From: Octopus sinensis
Lineage: Eukaryota
Direction of reading: 5' to 3'
Length of the DNA stretch: 64,000 nt
Assembly: GCF_006345805.1 (NCBI RefSeq)
Contig: NC_043006.1
Span: forward strand, 40,424,001-40,488,000
The notes under the pieces are model-generated. The model made no database searches and was not told where the DNA came from. It saw only the letters and a list, made by a program, of their open reading frames with translations. Shown piece by piece: positions 38,060 to 51,912 of this stretch. Position numbers and translations under genes: made by a program. Positions within the stretch are counted from its first letter, which is position 1, and the number at the start of each line of letters is the position of its first letter.

Positions 38060-40117
38060 GTAGGTCACTTTCTTTTTTCTTTTTAGATATTGTCCCTGTT
38101 GTACAAGTCACTGGCCGACATACATATGTATTTATTTCTTTATTACCCACAGGGGGCTAAACATAGAGGGGACAAACAAGAACAAAGAGATTAAGTCGAT
38201 TACATCTACCCCAGTGCATAAGTGGTACTTATTTAATCGACCCCTGAAGGGATGAAAGGCAAAGTTGACCTCGGCAGAATTTGAACTCAGAACGTAAAGA
38301 CAGATGAAATACCATGAAGCATTTCGCCTGCCATGCTAACAATTCTGCCAGCTCTCTGCCTTCAATAGTCTTTTCTATTCTAGGCACAAGGCCCGAAATT
38401 TTGTGGGAGGGGCCAGTCAATTAGATTGACCCCAGTACACAACTGGTACTTAATTTATCGAACCCAAAAGGATGAAAGGCAAAGTCAACCTCGGCAGAAT
38501 TTTAACTCAGAATGTACAGACGAGCTAAATGCCGCTAAACATTTTGCCCGCCATGCTAACGATTTGGCCAGCTCACCGCCTTAATACAGTGGCAATAATA
38601 ACGATCAAACAGATGGGTGTGTGAACGAACAAACCTTCAGATGTAAGTAATGTTTCATTGGATGAACAGATTTTATGCTGTCGTCAATAATTTGGGAGCT
38701 GGAAAAGTAGGATTACATACCTTTACATCTCGAAGAGGCTAGATATATATTCCCACGTGTCTAACTCCCCTCTGCAGTTCTAGGCAGGCTTCTGATTTCT
38801 AAAGAAGCCTTCATTCACAATCCCAAGATTTTTCAATATCTGTATGTCCTACCAAAACCTGTATTTTCATATTTCTTTTAAAACATTTATTTGTGCTTGG
38901 AAACCAGAACAGGTGGTAATTGCTTGTAAAAATATTTCACCTTTTTTGATGTGAACTTCCATTTCATTGATTCCTATGTCCGTATCAACACATTTACAAA
39001 AAAAATAATTTGTAAACAAGATTAATTTGCAAGCATAATGGTGAACCGCTCTCTGTCTCGAACTGGACAGCAACTAAGGTGACAGGCTTCTTGTATGCTA
39101 TTGCTATTCTGGCTTGAGGACAGGCATTGTTTCAAAATATTTCTATGCCTTGTTATTCTGACAGGGAGTTGAGACAACATTAGACATCATCATAATTGAT
39201 CTTTCATCTGTTGCCCATTGTATGGCAGGATGCTTTTAATCCAATTTTCGTCATTTTCCATCTCTTTCTTGCCCTCTTTTTCCCTACTACCATCCGCTTC
39301 CCTCCTGCTCCCAATCTGATTTTTTGATTGTCTGTTCCCCTCCTCCATCTACTGAAATTAAAGACAAGATGGCAGTGTTTTCGCATGATGTTATGATGTC
39401 ATCAGTACACTGTTAGTCACCCCACAAAATAGAAATTTGATACTGTGTATGCAAGTCAACATTAGTTCTATTTTTCTGTTCAATACTGGCGTGGTTTTAT
39501 ATGATACTTCTCAGTCAAACATGGTTTATAGCCTCAAGTAGATAAGTAGACAGTGTCTCTCCAATTGCCTTTTTTTATTTTTTCGTACAAACATTTCCTG
39601 TGCTGTCTCGTCACAACACGTTATGCAGTGGGTGAGTTCATTCGTTGCCACACAGTATTTCAGGCTATTTAATCCTTCCTCTCATAAAATTAGATTAAAA
39701 TTCCCCTGAAAGGGAATGAAGCAGTGAAGTTGAGCAATCTTAGGAAAGCCTCAGCCGTTGGACAGCTCCTTCACTGGCTTGTTATACATAGAAAAATACA
39801 TGTGACTGAGAAATCCACACGATAGTGCAATTATGAGTTGAGCTTCAACAGTGTTTCATTGTTTTAGCTAAATGAGTTGTACCATGTGTATTAATCATGC
39901 TGTTTATGGAAAAGGTCCACAAGTAAGAAGTTATTATCCATGGTTCCGTACGTCAACTTGCCATTGGATCAGCTAGCTGGGTGTTCATATTTTGTGTGTT
40001 CATATATACACCCATGGAAAGAATCCAGTTAAATACGAGAATGTAAAATATTCATCAACTAAACTCTTTTGCTTACAATGAAGAATTTAATTTTTTTATG
40101 CAAAAGTTCGATGTACT

Positions 40118-40236
40118 TGTAGCAGGAGCAATTGTCTGTCGCTGGGTTGAGTAGCTCTGTGGTCTGAAGTTAGTCCTTAGAAGGACTAGAACCAAAGAGC
40201 TACTCAACCCAGCGACAGACAAGTGCTCCTGCTACA
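40118..40236. repeat. 119-bp near-perfect GC-rich hairpin
   Basis: TGTAGCAGGAGC..TAGTCCTT-AG-AAGGACTA..GCTCCTGCTACA; 2 mismatches and one small internal loop. Confidence 0.9.
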
Positions 40237-40486
40237 TACTCAACTGTAGAGGGTTGATTATTTTAGTAAAGAAACAGGACTGCAGCTTGTTTCGGTCTGC
40301 TCATCGTTCGGTAAGTGAATCAAACTTTCCTTCTCGAGAAAGTCGGTTATGACTTCAAGTGTTTCATATTTATACAATGTTTTGTGAAGTGATATATGTA
40401 TAAATACACACGTATACTTTGTTACTGGACTGGTGTGATTGCATATAATCAAGAAGAATAAGTTATATTAATATTGTATTTTGAAG

Positions 40487-40650
40487 CAATGCCGTAGCCT
40501 ACAGCAAAGCCTACTTTGGTGCTGGCACTGGAAAGATATGGCTGGACAATGTGAATTGTACTGGGACTGAACACTCTCTGTCAGAATGTATGAGTAATCG
40601 ATGGGGACACCATGATTGTGAACATAATGAAGATGCAGCTGTCAACTGTT
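40487..40650 (+). CDS. SRCR domain 5 exon B
   Basis: NAVAYSKAYFGAGTGKIWLDNVNCTGTEHSLSECMSNRWGHHDCEHNEDAAVNC; 164 nt. Confidence 0.95.
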
Positions 40651-41447
40651 GTAAGTATATGACATATTTAGTTGGTAAACTGTTCTGGTTTAAGTTACGA
40701 ATTAGCGGTTTAGGCCTCTCTTTATATAAACAACATGAACCTGCTCATTTTGTCTTTCTATCATCAGAAATACAACCGACACCAATTGACCTTAGCTTAT
40801 CAGTAATATCATTCTGTTACGACCTACATTATGCAACTTTTTAATAATGGAACACGTCAAAGAAATGACATATCACACACATAGGATTTATATTATTACA
40901 AAGACATTGCTGAATAAAATATGGAATGAAATTGGAGATATAAATTGTTACACACTCGACATTTATATTATTCCCGAGACAATTGCTCTCTTTTACTCTT
41001 TTACTCATTTACTTGTTTTAGTCATTTGATTGTGGCCATGCTGGAGCACCGCCTTTAGTCGAGCAAATCGACCCCGGGACTTATTCTTTGTAAGCCCAGT
41101 ACTTATTCTATCGGTCTCTTTTGCGAACCACTAAGTTACAGGGACATAAACACACCAGCATCGGTTGTCAAGCAATGTTGTAGGGACAAACACAGACACA
41201 CAAACGCACACACACACACACATATATATACATATACATATATATGGTGGGCTTCTTTTCAGTTTCCATCTACCAAAACCACTCACAAGGCTTTGGTCAG
41301 CCCGAGGCTATAGTAGAAGATACTTGCCCAAGATGCCATGCAGTGGGACTGACCCCAGAACTATGTGGTTGGTAAGCAAGCTATTTACCACACAGCCACT
41401 CCTGTGCCTATGAATTATGGAATGTATGCATGTGTGTGTGTGTGTGC

Positions 41448-41509
<62 letters not shown>

Positions 41510-41510
<1 letters not shown>

Positions 41511-42354
41511 TTCAACAATTGAGGGTAAAATTAATTAATTATTAATCAATTTCACCAAGTATTCAGTATGCAAAGGGACCATTTAAGGCGAATTCAAATT
41601 ATTACATTATATAAAAGGGCTTAGTAAAATAAATTACTTTGCCGCATACTGAACTCATTAGAAATAGTAGCTAAAAAAAACTTTTTTAAAACTATTTCTG
41701 ATACTTAAAGAAAACCTCTCTCATATAGTGTTTGCTCGATTCAACTCACGAAAGTATGGGGGTAAAGACATTAAAAAATCAAATGCAAAGGTTATTTGAG
41801 AACGTACGTTTCAAGATTAGTCAACTCGACATTTCTATCATCAGCTCAGAACTCCTTGGTTTGGATTTGAAAACACTGAAAGTGGGAGCATACCCTTTCG
41901 GCTTCTTATCGCTTCTGAAGATCTGCTCGAAACTAACAGTGCCAGCAAACTCAAATATGCAAGCGAAGAATTTCTGCTCTCCCCTTTCCACCAGCGTGGG
42001 TTAAAATCAGTAAACACTATGCTTTTTTCGGTAAAATCCGAGGCATTAAATAGAGAGAGATGAATTATAATTTCAACAATTGAGGGTAAAATTAATTAAT
42101 TATTAATCAATTTCACCAAGTATTCAGTATGCAAAGGGACCATTTAAGGCGAATTCAAATTATTACATTATATAAAAGGGCTTAGTAAAATAAATTACTT
42201 TGCCGCATACTGAACTCATTAGAAATAGTAGCTAAAAAAAACCTTTTTTAAAACTATCTCTAATACTTAAAGAAAACCTCTCTCATATAGTGTTTGCTCG
42301 ATTCAACTCACGAAAGTATGGGGGTAAAGACATTAAAAAATCAAATGCAAAGGT
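41510..42354 (-). mobile_element. PLE-like mini element with about 283-bp direct repeats
   Basis: 41510-41792 repeated at 42071-42354; the core carries a hammerhead; (TA)n on both sides. Confidence 0.7.
41797..41848 (-). ncRNA. Minimal type I hammerhead ribozyme motif
   Basis: Minus strand TGAG CTGATGA TAGAAATGTC-GAGTT-GACTAATCTT GAAAC GTAC GTT CTCA: canonical core, palindromic GTAC loop, GUU site, stem II partly mismatched. Confidence 0.7.
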
Positions 42355-42393
42355 ATTATATATATATATTATATATATATATATATAATATAT

Positions 42394-42453
<60 letters not shown>

Positions 42454-42494
42454 TCTGATTTTTAAAAAGAATATTCTTCATCTCGATATTTTAG

Positions 42495-42639
42495 CAACCA
42501 TTTCTGCCAGAGTTCAAGGAGGTGAAAGAGATGGAATTGGTCGTGTGGAGTTGTTCTATAATGGTAACTGGGGCGCCGTATGTAACGATAGTTGGGACCG
42601 CAATGACGCCCTTGTTATATGCCGGATGCTAGGATACAG
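42495..42639 (+). CDS. SRCR domain 6 exon A
   Basis: [47 protein letters not shown]; 145 nt. Confidence 0.95.
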
Positions 42640-43289
42640 GTATAGTATATTATGTTACCTTAATCATTCAATTTTTCTTTTTTTTTTTTCATTAGTCTTA
42701 GAAAACAAACAACAAAAAGAATTTGTATTTTGAATTATTGGACAAGTAGAAATCTTCAAATTTATGAGGTTTTTGTCCTTAGTTGAGAAGAAACATTTCT
42801 TACATTCTGGATGATCTATCACTATGTACAGCTTTTGTGGTGTGGTGGCTTGTGCGTCTTCCTCTGTGATCCTAAGAATTATACCAGAAAAGCACAATAT
42901 CGTAGGGGCGGAGAGCCTCCCATGCAGGGCAGGTCAAAGGACAGTGGTCAGATTAATATGGAGCGCATTTTCTCAGAAGTAAAAATGGGTTTGCATAGGG
43001 TCAGCACATCATCATCGGCATTATCATTATCATCATCATCATCATCACCACCACCACCACCATCACCATCACCATCACCACCACCACTACCACCACCACC
43101 ACAACCACAACCATCATCATCATCATCATCATCAAAAGTAAAATTAAAGAAGAACTGATGACAATTCACAACCAGCATGAAGTAGGAGAAGACAGACTAG
43201 AGTGGAGAAAAATCGTTGATGGCCTGTGCTTTGTTAGGAGTGAAGGGTTTAAGCAAGTATCTGGAAGAAGGGGCAGGGCCCATGACTGG

Positions 43290-43720
43290 TGAAATAGCTG
43301 ACATTAATATTTCATTTAAACCGTTGTAGGTCAACAATTGTAGGAACGACATTAACAAGGAAGAGATGTGCATGGTGGATTGTGTGAAGTTGGGGTAGGC
43401 GGGATGGGCACAAAAAGTGTGACAAGAGTGGAGGGTCAAGTGGAATGAGTATTTGAGTGTTGGAGATTCAAGATCAGTCAACCCCAAAGGGCAGAGGTCA
43501 GTATAGCAGCAACTGAAAAGACAGAGAGAGATAAAAACATTATGCTTGTGGTCCGGAAACTGGAACATAGTCATAAGTGAATGAATGCCAGTCAGTTGAA
43601 AGGCCCATCTCAGGATGTGGCTGAGGATGTTTGGCCGAGTATCAGCAGTACCGTTTCAGATGTAGATGCAGGACCCCATTCTAGGTTTCACTTGAAACGT
43701 AGTTGAAGGATTGTGTCATC
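43290..43720 (-). mobile_element. Degenerate LINE RT C-terminal fragment
   Basis: YTDLCPLGLTDL..; VPTIVDLQRFK*NIN. Confidence 0.4.
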
Positions 43721-44811
43721 TGCATGTGAGTGGGCTGTGTTGGATATGATGACATGTAGGTCATTCTTGAATAGAAATAAATAAATAAATTGGGGACAAA
43801 ACCAAATTAGGGGATTACCAAAGTTGAATGAAAGTGGGGAAAAAAGAGCTTTCTCAACACATGCCACAATTGTATGATTTGATAATAAGTTACTGGTTCA
43901 AAATACAAGAGGTAAATAGAGCCTTCAGAGGGGATTGATCAAGGGTGTGTAAAGTGGAGTCGGATGTAAAACTATAAGCAAAGGTGGAATTTTAATTTGT
44001 GAGGGTTCTGCTTTCAATCAGCTTAGTTTAGAAGAAGAAGGAATGTGGACTATGCGAAGTTGATGGGGACCATTTTGACAAGAGACCAAAAGGATCAGCT
44101 GCAGTTTGGGAGAAGGAAAGCTTAAAGATTGCATGATCAATGTGGGAAGTATTCTTTCCACAGCATTTTTTCTGTGGAAAAGCATTTTGTCTCTTAGATT
44201 TCTGCCAGCTCACCACCTTGAGAATCTTTGTAATAATAATATTAATCCTTTTTCCTATAGGCACAAGGCCTAAAATTTGGGGGAGGGGGATGTTCAATTA
44301 CCGTGACCCTAGTACTCAACTAGTACTTAATTTATCGACTTCGAAAGGATGAAAGGCAAAGTCAACCCCCGGCAGAATTTGAACTCAGAACGTAGCGGCA
44401 GACGAAATACTACTAAGCATTTCGCCTGGCATGCTAACCATTCTGCCAGCTCACTGCCTTGTGGTGGTAATAATAATAATAATAATAACAATGGCTTCAA
44501 ATTTTGGCTGAAGGGGAGCAATTTCAGGGGATGAGGGAAGTTGATTACGTCGACCCCAGTATGCAACTGGTACTTATTTTATTGACCCCGAAAGGATGAA
44601 AGGCAAAGTCAAGCCAGGTGGCTTTTGTACTCAGACCGTAATGAAGGACGAAATGCTGCTAAGTGTGTTGCCCGGTGTGCTAACGATTCTGCCTGCTCGC
44701 CAATGTTGTTACATTGACAAATATAAGCACACCACAAACACACAAATGATTATATAACAGCGATAACAAGGTGAGAAACATTATTCACTCATGATTCTTG
44801 TTTATTTGTAG

Positions 44812-44975
44812 CGATGGTGACATCATATCCAACAAACTGTTTGGAAAAGGATCTGGTAAAATATGGCTTGATGAGGTGAACTGCGATGGCAGCGAAAGTT
44901 CGATTGAACAGTGCAGTTCTGATCCATGGGGAGTGCATGACTGTGCTGAAGATGGAGAGGCAGCCGTTAATTGCA
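44812..44975 (+). CDS. SRCR domain 6 exon B
   Basis: DGDIISNKLFGKGSGKIWLDEVNCDGSESSIEQCSSDPWGVHDCAEDGEAAVNC; 164 nt. Confidence 0.95.
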
Positions 44976-45908
44976 GTAAGTATGTTATTAGTCCTATTTA
45001 TGAGGAGGTGAGAGACGGTGAGATGAGAGAAATGTTAGCGCCCCAGACAAAGTACTGAGCAGCATTTCCTCCGGCTTTTTACGTTTTCAGTTCAAATTCC
45101 TCCAAGGTTGACTTTGCCTTTCATCCATTCGGGGTGAGTAACATAAAGTACCAGTCAAGTACTTTGGTCAATGTACTTGACTCAACACGCATTCTACTGT
45201 CCTACAAAAAAACAAAGCTACATTTCACAAATTAGCACTTAAATATACCAAATGATGAAGTGGTCACAATTGGAGAGCTTTTGATAATAAGTCTGCTTGA
45301 TCAGGACTGACCTGAGGCTAAACAACAACTTATTGAACTATGTTGACAATAAGCGTAGGTGTGGCTGTGTGGTAAATAGCTTGCTTACGAACCACATGGT
45401 TCCAGGTTCAGTCCCACTGTGTAGCACTTTGGGCAAAAGAGACCGATAGAATAAGTACTAGGCTTACAAAGAATAAGTCCTGGGATCGATTTGCTCAATT
45501 ACAGGTGGTTCTCCAGCATGGCCGCAGTCAAATGACTGAAACAAGTTCAAATTCCGCCGAGGTCGACTTTGCCTTTCATCCTTTCGGGGTCGATAAATTA
45601 AGTACCAGTTACGTACTGGGGTCGATGTAATCGACTTAATACCTATGTCTGTCCTTGTTTGTCCCCTCTGTGTTTAGCCCCTTGTGGGTAATAAAGAAAT
45701 AGGTATTTCGTCTACCGTTATGTTCTGAGTTCAAATTCTGCCAAGGTCAACTTTGCCTTTCATCCTTTCTGGATCGATAAATTAAGTACCAGTTGCATAC
45801 TGGGGTCGATCTAATCTACTGGCCCCCCCCCCCAAATTTCGGGACTTGTCCCTAGAGGAGAAAATAATATTGCATAAGCATTTTATAATGTTTCTTTTTT
45901 TTTTCTAG

Positions 45909-45974
45909 AAACTCACCACAGACTGGCAGCTGATGGCTCATGGACCAGTACTGGTCCGCGGACGACCACTTCGA
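45909..45974 (+). CDS. Candidate Ser/Thr-rich linker exon between SRCR 6 and 7
   Basis: Strong T-tract+CTAG acceptor at 45908; open phase-1 frame THHRLAADGSWTSTGPRTTTS; possible phase-1 donors after 45947 or 45974, both weak. Confidence 0.4.
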
Positions 45975-45989
45975 GTAGCACTGTTCTAA

Positions 45990-46175
<186 letters not shown>

Positions 46176-46798
46176 TAAGAAGCCTTCCATTGATATCTAT
46201 ATGGTTACGCGACCATCTAGAAATAACCAAATCTGCCTCAGATCCGCTGTGAATCTCAGTACACTGTACCTAAGTCGAAAAGAAATGGTAAGAGTGGGGT
46301 GTTCAATGCTGAAAAGCCTTTGATCATTGGTTTGTTTTACCAAGGGTGGGGAAAGGGACTCGAGAACAACAACAGCTTCTTGTATTTTGTTTACAAAATC
46401 TTTTATGTGAATTCATGTCTTAAAACAAACCTTGTTGTGTCTTGGGAGGGTCATGATGCCTATTATAATAAGCACATGCACCAGTGTGAATATTTATGAT
46501 TATTGGTGCAATAACCCTCCCAAGGCATGACAAGGTAGGTATGTTTCTTTCTTTTAATATTATTTTATAATAACTGACCTCCTACAAGGTAGCCACCTAA
46601 TTTCGTTTACCAGCTCACAGAGGTGGCTGTATGGTTAAGAGACTTGCTTCCCAATCATTGGGTCTCAGGTTCAGTCTTGCTGCATGACACCTTGGGCAAG
46701 TGCCTTGGTGTTTTCTACTATAGCACTGGGCTATAGTAGATTTTGTAGGCAGAAACTGTGTAGGAGCCCATCATGAATGTATACATATACATATGCAT

Positions 46799-46854
<56 letters not shown>

Positions 46855-46945
46855 CTTTTAACTTTTACTTGTTTCAGTTCTTAGAATAGGTCCATGCTGG
46901 GGCAGATACTTTCCCAACATACCATGCAATGGGTCTGAACCTGGA

Positions 46946-46980
<35 letters not shown>

Positions 46981-46981
<1 letters not shown>

Positions 46982-47345
46982 TAGCACTATGACCCGGCAA
47001 TGCCGGGTCATAGTACTAGTGCATGCATATACAGCTACATGCGTACACACATACACGCGAGTACTATCCAAATCTCCGACCAATCACGTACAGCTAGCTG
47101 GCCTTCAATTGGCGTATCTAGCTTCAGGCATTTTGATTGGATTTTGGATAGAAAATTCACAAAAAAGTCACTTCTATTGATTTTTTTAATGGCTTTGTGG
47201 GGTGACTGGGGAAATGTAAAAATGTGCACGACCATCCTTGGATGGTTTTAAATGACCATAGAAAGTGCGAGCCCTCTAACTGAAAAATTGTGGATTTGTA
47301 TAAAGGACACACACACAGACATTTTGCCATTTATATATAGAGAGA
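46981..47345 (-). mobile_element. Non-autonomous Helitron-like element with palindromic end
   Basis: TC start at 47345; 39-bp palindrome ending CTAG at 46981. Confidence 0.7.
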
Positions 47346-49182
47346 TATGGAATGTGTGTGTTCTTGTATGTGCTCTTGTGATTTAATGTGATGATTGTAA
47401 ATGAGTGGCGTTGTGGCGTTGTTCACTTCCAGTCTTTCATGAAAAACATGACTGGCCATGGGTGGAAAATACCAATCTTGGAAATTGGTAAGAGTCGAAG
47501 ACAGGAAGGGCATGCGATAGTAGAAAAGCCTACCTCAACAAATTCCGTCTGATCCATGCAGACATGGAAAAGTGGACATAAAACGTTAAATGAATCACGT
47601 GTTTTCATTCAATTCCAATCGCATTTAAGAAATATTCCTTACATAGATCTTGACTGGATGAAGACACCATGTCAAAGCATAATGCAAATAAATTGTTATT
47701 GATAATTATAGAATGGCACTTTGTACAAGTATTTACAGTGGACTAATATTTCACCAAGCTTCATTTTAAGAAATTTTTATTTTGGTTTCATTTGTGCCAG
47801 TACCATGAGAAAAGTACAACTCATGAACATTATACAGTTTTATTCACTACATCATTGGGTTTATAGTCATTTCTACTATAAGCACAAGGCCTGAAATTTG
47901 CAAGGATGGGTTTAAGTTGATTACATTGACCCCAGTACTCAAGTGGTACTTAATTTATCGACCCCTCGAAAGGATGAAAGGCAAAGTCGACCACAGTGGA
48001 ATTTGAACTCAGAACGTAGCAACGGGCAAAATACTGCTAAGTATTTCGTCCAGCATGCATAATAATAATAATAATAATAATAATAATTTAATGTCCGTTT
48101 TCCATGCTGGCATGGGTTGGACGGTTTGACATGTTACGATGAACTGGAGAACTACGTCGAGCTCTTATGTTAGTTTTGGCATGGTTTCTACTGTTGGATA
48201 CCCTTCTTAATGCCAACCACTTCACAGAGTGTACCGGGTCTTTGTTTCATGGTTCTGACAGTACAACCTGAAAAATGTTCATAAAATAAAACTTGTATGC
48301 CCAGTGTGAACACTTGCTCAAAGTACCATTCTGTTGATACTCATAATGCTATATTCGCATTTTTTCACACCGTGTCTATATCCATTTGAGTGGAGGTGCA
48401 ATGGTCCAGTGGTTAGGCAGCGGACTTGCAGTCATAGGGTTGCAGTTTTGATTTCCAGACTGGGCATTGTGAGTGCTTATTGAGCGAAAACACTTGAAAC
48501 TCCACGAGGCTCCGACATGGTGGCGGTGGGGGAACCCTGCTGTACCCTTTCACCACAACTGTCTCTCATTTTTCCTTCCTGTTTCTGTTGTACCTGTATT
48601 TCAAAGTGGCCAGCCTTGTCACACTCTGTGTCACACTAAATCTCCCCAAGAACTACATTAATGGTACACATATCTGTGGAGTGCTCAGCCACTTGCACGT
48701 TAATTTCATGAGCAGGCTAGTTGTAACCGATGGAGTGCCGTAGTATTATATCATTTGAGTTGTATGTGTGAAATATTTCTTTAATGCTTACTGGATATGC
48801 ATAAAACAAAATTTTGTAATTATGTCTTCCTTTTCATGTTAAAATAAGTCAAATTATCTTTTACATTTACAGCAAAAATTTGCGCGATTTTTTTATGAGA
48901 TTGTGATTTTTCTTCATCGGTTCACATTTTGCATAGAATTTCATCAGTTTTTCTGTTTGTTTTGTTTTTATTCTGTCTTTGTTTTATTCTGTTTTTACGA
49001 AACACAGCAGGCACCACTTAAATTGATGTATAACTTCCTAGAATCCAAATTCCTTCTGCAAACTTCGATATGAAAACACCAAACACTGCTTATCAATCAA
49101 TCAATTATGAAATCTTTATTTTGAACTTTAATTGTCTATATTTACACTTTTCTCTCTCTTTTTTTTGTTCTTTTATTTATAG

Positions 49183-49343
49183 TGATGCTGTGGCCTTTTC
49201 TAAAGGATCATTTGGTGAAGGAATAGGGAAAATATGGTTGGAAAATTTAAATTGCAAAGGAAATGAGAGTTCTATTGGCGAGTGTGTTGACACATGGGGA
49301 GGCACACAATGCCATCATTGGGAAGATGCTGGAGTTCGTTGTT
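49183..49343 (+). CDS. SRCR domain 7 exon B
   Basis: DAVAFSKGSFGEGIGKIWLENLNCKGNESSIGECVDTWGGTQCHHWEDAGVRC; 161 nt, donor T|GTTAGT. Confidence 0.94.
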
Positions 49344-49904
49344 GTTAGTATTTTCCAAATAATTACCTCATCAATAAGGGTGATGGGTTTGGCAAACTTG
49401 TTAGATTATTGTAAAAATTGCCTTGCAGTATTTCTTCAGGACCTTAACTGAGTTCAAATCCCACAGAAGTCAGCTCTGTCTTTCGCCCCTCCGGGATCAT
49501 TAAAATACACTTGCAGTCAAAATTACTGAAAGCATATGAGAAACCTCAAATTTATAGAAGATAATTTGGAAGTATGATATTTGGAATTTTCCTTTACATT
49601 AGAGGGCATGCAACGTTTTGGCACAGCTGTTTTGCCGCTGCCTATGGGAGGTCACTGATTCAATGCTGACTTATTTGACATTGGGGTGGTTGGTGTTAGG
49701 AAGGGCATCCAGCCATAAATACCGTGCCAAAGCAGACACAGAAGTCTGGTGCATTCTTCTGCCTGGCCAGCTCCTGTCAAAGCGTCCGACCCATACCAGC
49801 ATAAAAAGTGGATGTTAAACAATGATGAGAACGATGGGATGATAATGATGGTGATGGTGTGGTGGTGTTGATAATATATATAAATATATATATATATATA
49901 TACT

Positions 49905-50430
49905 AACAAATATAGGATGAAGCACTTTCTCTACAGAAAAGAATTCCATCAGGAAGCGTGGCAGTATATTAAAAATACCTTTACGGTTGAAATATGAACA
50001 TCTTATAAGAAAGGGCTAAAGAAGATATTTCTAAAGCCAATATACTGATTATCCACTTATAATCCACTTGCTACAGGAAAAATTGAACTGAAAATCAGGC
50101 AACTAACCTTTAGAAAATTTTTATTTCGTTATCTCTATATTGAATCAATTTCGGAATTAATCCTATAAAGGATACATTCTTCGTCAGTAGAGCTTACAAG
50201 GGAATATAAATAAAATACTCACATGCGTTTATGGAAGCTCTACTGACGAAGAATGTATCCTTTATAGGATTAATTCCGAAATTGATTCAATATAGAGATA
50301 ACAAAATAAAAATTTTCTAAAGGTTAGTTGCCCGATTTTCAGTTCAATTTTTCCTGTAGCAAGTGGATTATAAGTGGATAATCAGTATATTGGCTTTAGA
50401 AATATCTTCTTTAGCCCTTTCTTATAAGAT
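49905..50430. mobile_element. PLE pLTR-like fold-back, 196-bp arms
   Basis: 50000-50195 is the reverse complement of 50235-50430 with 2 mismatches seen; 39-bp spacer; hammerhead in each arm; (TA)n flanks. Confidence 0.8.
50238..50297 (+). ncRNA. Type I hammerhead motif; mirror copy on minus strand at 50133-50192
   Basis: CTCTA CTGACGA A GAAT-GT-ATCCT-TTAT-AGGAT-TA-ATTC C GAAA TTGA T TCAA TA TAGAG: 5-bp stem I, palindromic stem III, AUA site. Confidence 0.65.
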
Positions 50431-50712
<282 letters not shown>

Positions 50713-50764
50713 GCTATATTAAATCTGAGTGAGATATAAACAGTAGCAATACAGAATCATAACA

Positions 50765-51122
50765 TATAATTGCCACCCAAGTGTGGCGTTCTATACAGGA
50801 CAGTGCTACTGACGATTATAGCACTGTCTCATATAGGATGCTGCACAGTTTTGTCGCTGGAAAAAGCATATAGCATTTTGCGAGTGGAATGAGTTTTCAT
50901 CACTATCTGATGATTAACACACGCTGAGGAAGGGTAACCACCCAGAAACTCGAGTCCGTGTGTATCACATAAGGCTAGAGATGGGAGTGATGACCTCCTC
51001 TCACAAATACTAATCAGATACAGAATGTGTGTCATTAGCCAGCTGGAAGAGATGTCTTCCTGGGGCTATAAACGTCAGTAGCACTGTCCTGTATAGGACG
51101 CCACACTTGGTTAGCAATTATA
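50765..51122. mobile_element. MITE with 58-bp TIRs in TA
   Basis: 50765-50822 inverted versus 51065-51122; a related family occurs at 32933-33496. Confidence 0.7.
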
Positions 51123-51767
51123 AATATATATATATATATATATTAATAGTATGGCAACAAAAGAATGAATAAGACCTCAATATTATGTAAATAGGAATTT
51201 ATCTGTAATATATGTGAAGATTATTCGGTTGCCATAATAAAACTCCGAGTTTCAGATGTCTTAATAATGGTCTCTTCATAGTAATTTCCCTTTGTGTAAC
51301 AGCCATTTTTATAGCATTTTTGTTTGTCTTAATAACTGAAGAGATGCCAGAGCAGATTTCCACCCCGACATTATATTACAGATATATATATAAATTACAT
51401 TATGGGAGTACCATATTTCAATTTTATCTGGTTTTATATGAAGTGTATAGCTGCTTATATTTTGGTCAAGAGAATTGCTTTATAGGATATGAAAATCGTA
51501 TTTTTCGTTATCACTCGTCACTCTGCTAGTTATTAGAATCTTTTCTAATTTTTGCAGAAGGCCAGCAATTTTGGACTGATACTTATTTTACCAAACCTGA
51601 AAAGGTGAAAGGCAAAGTTGACTTCGGCGGAACTTGAACTCAATGTAAATGCCATGAAGTATTTTGTCAGACATGCTAACGATTCAGCCAATTCACTGCC
51701 TTATTCATTTTGATAAAAACAATTCTGTATTCATAATTTGTTTTTTTTTTTCCTTTTTGCTTCACAG

Positions 51768-51912
51768 CCAATGTTTCTGTGAGACTGGTCGGTGGTAACA
51801 ATGAAAGCAATGGCCGTGTCGAGGTGCTCTATAACAAACAATGGGGTACAATTTGTAGTGACCAATGGGATTTCTATGACGCTTTGGTCATATGCCGAAT
51901 GTTAGGCTACAG
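51768..51912 (+). CDS. SRCR domain 8 exon A
   Basis: [47 protein letters not shown]; 145 nt. Confidence 0.95.

Noticed and set aside
38640-39900. Moderately GC-rich intronic stretch as a hidden gene
   Set aside because: No open frame or motif could be recognised; likely a decayed transposon, left uncalled.
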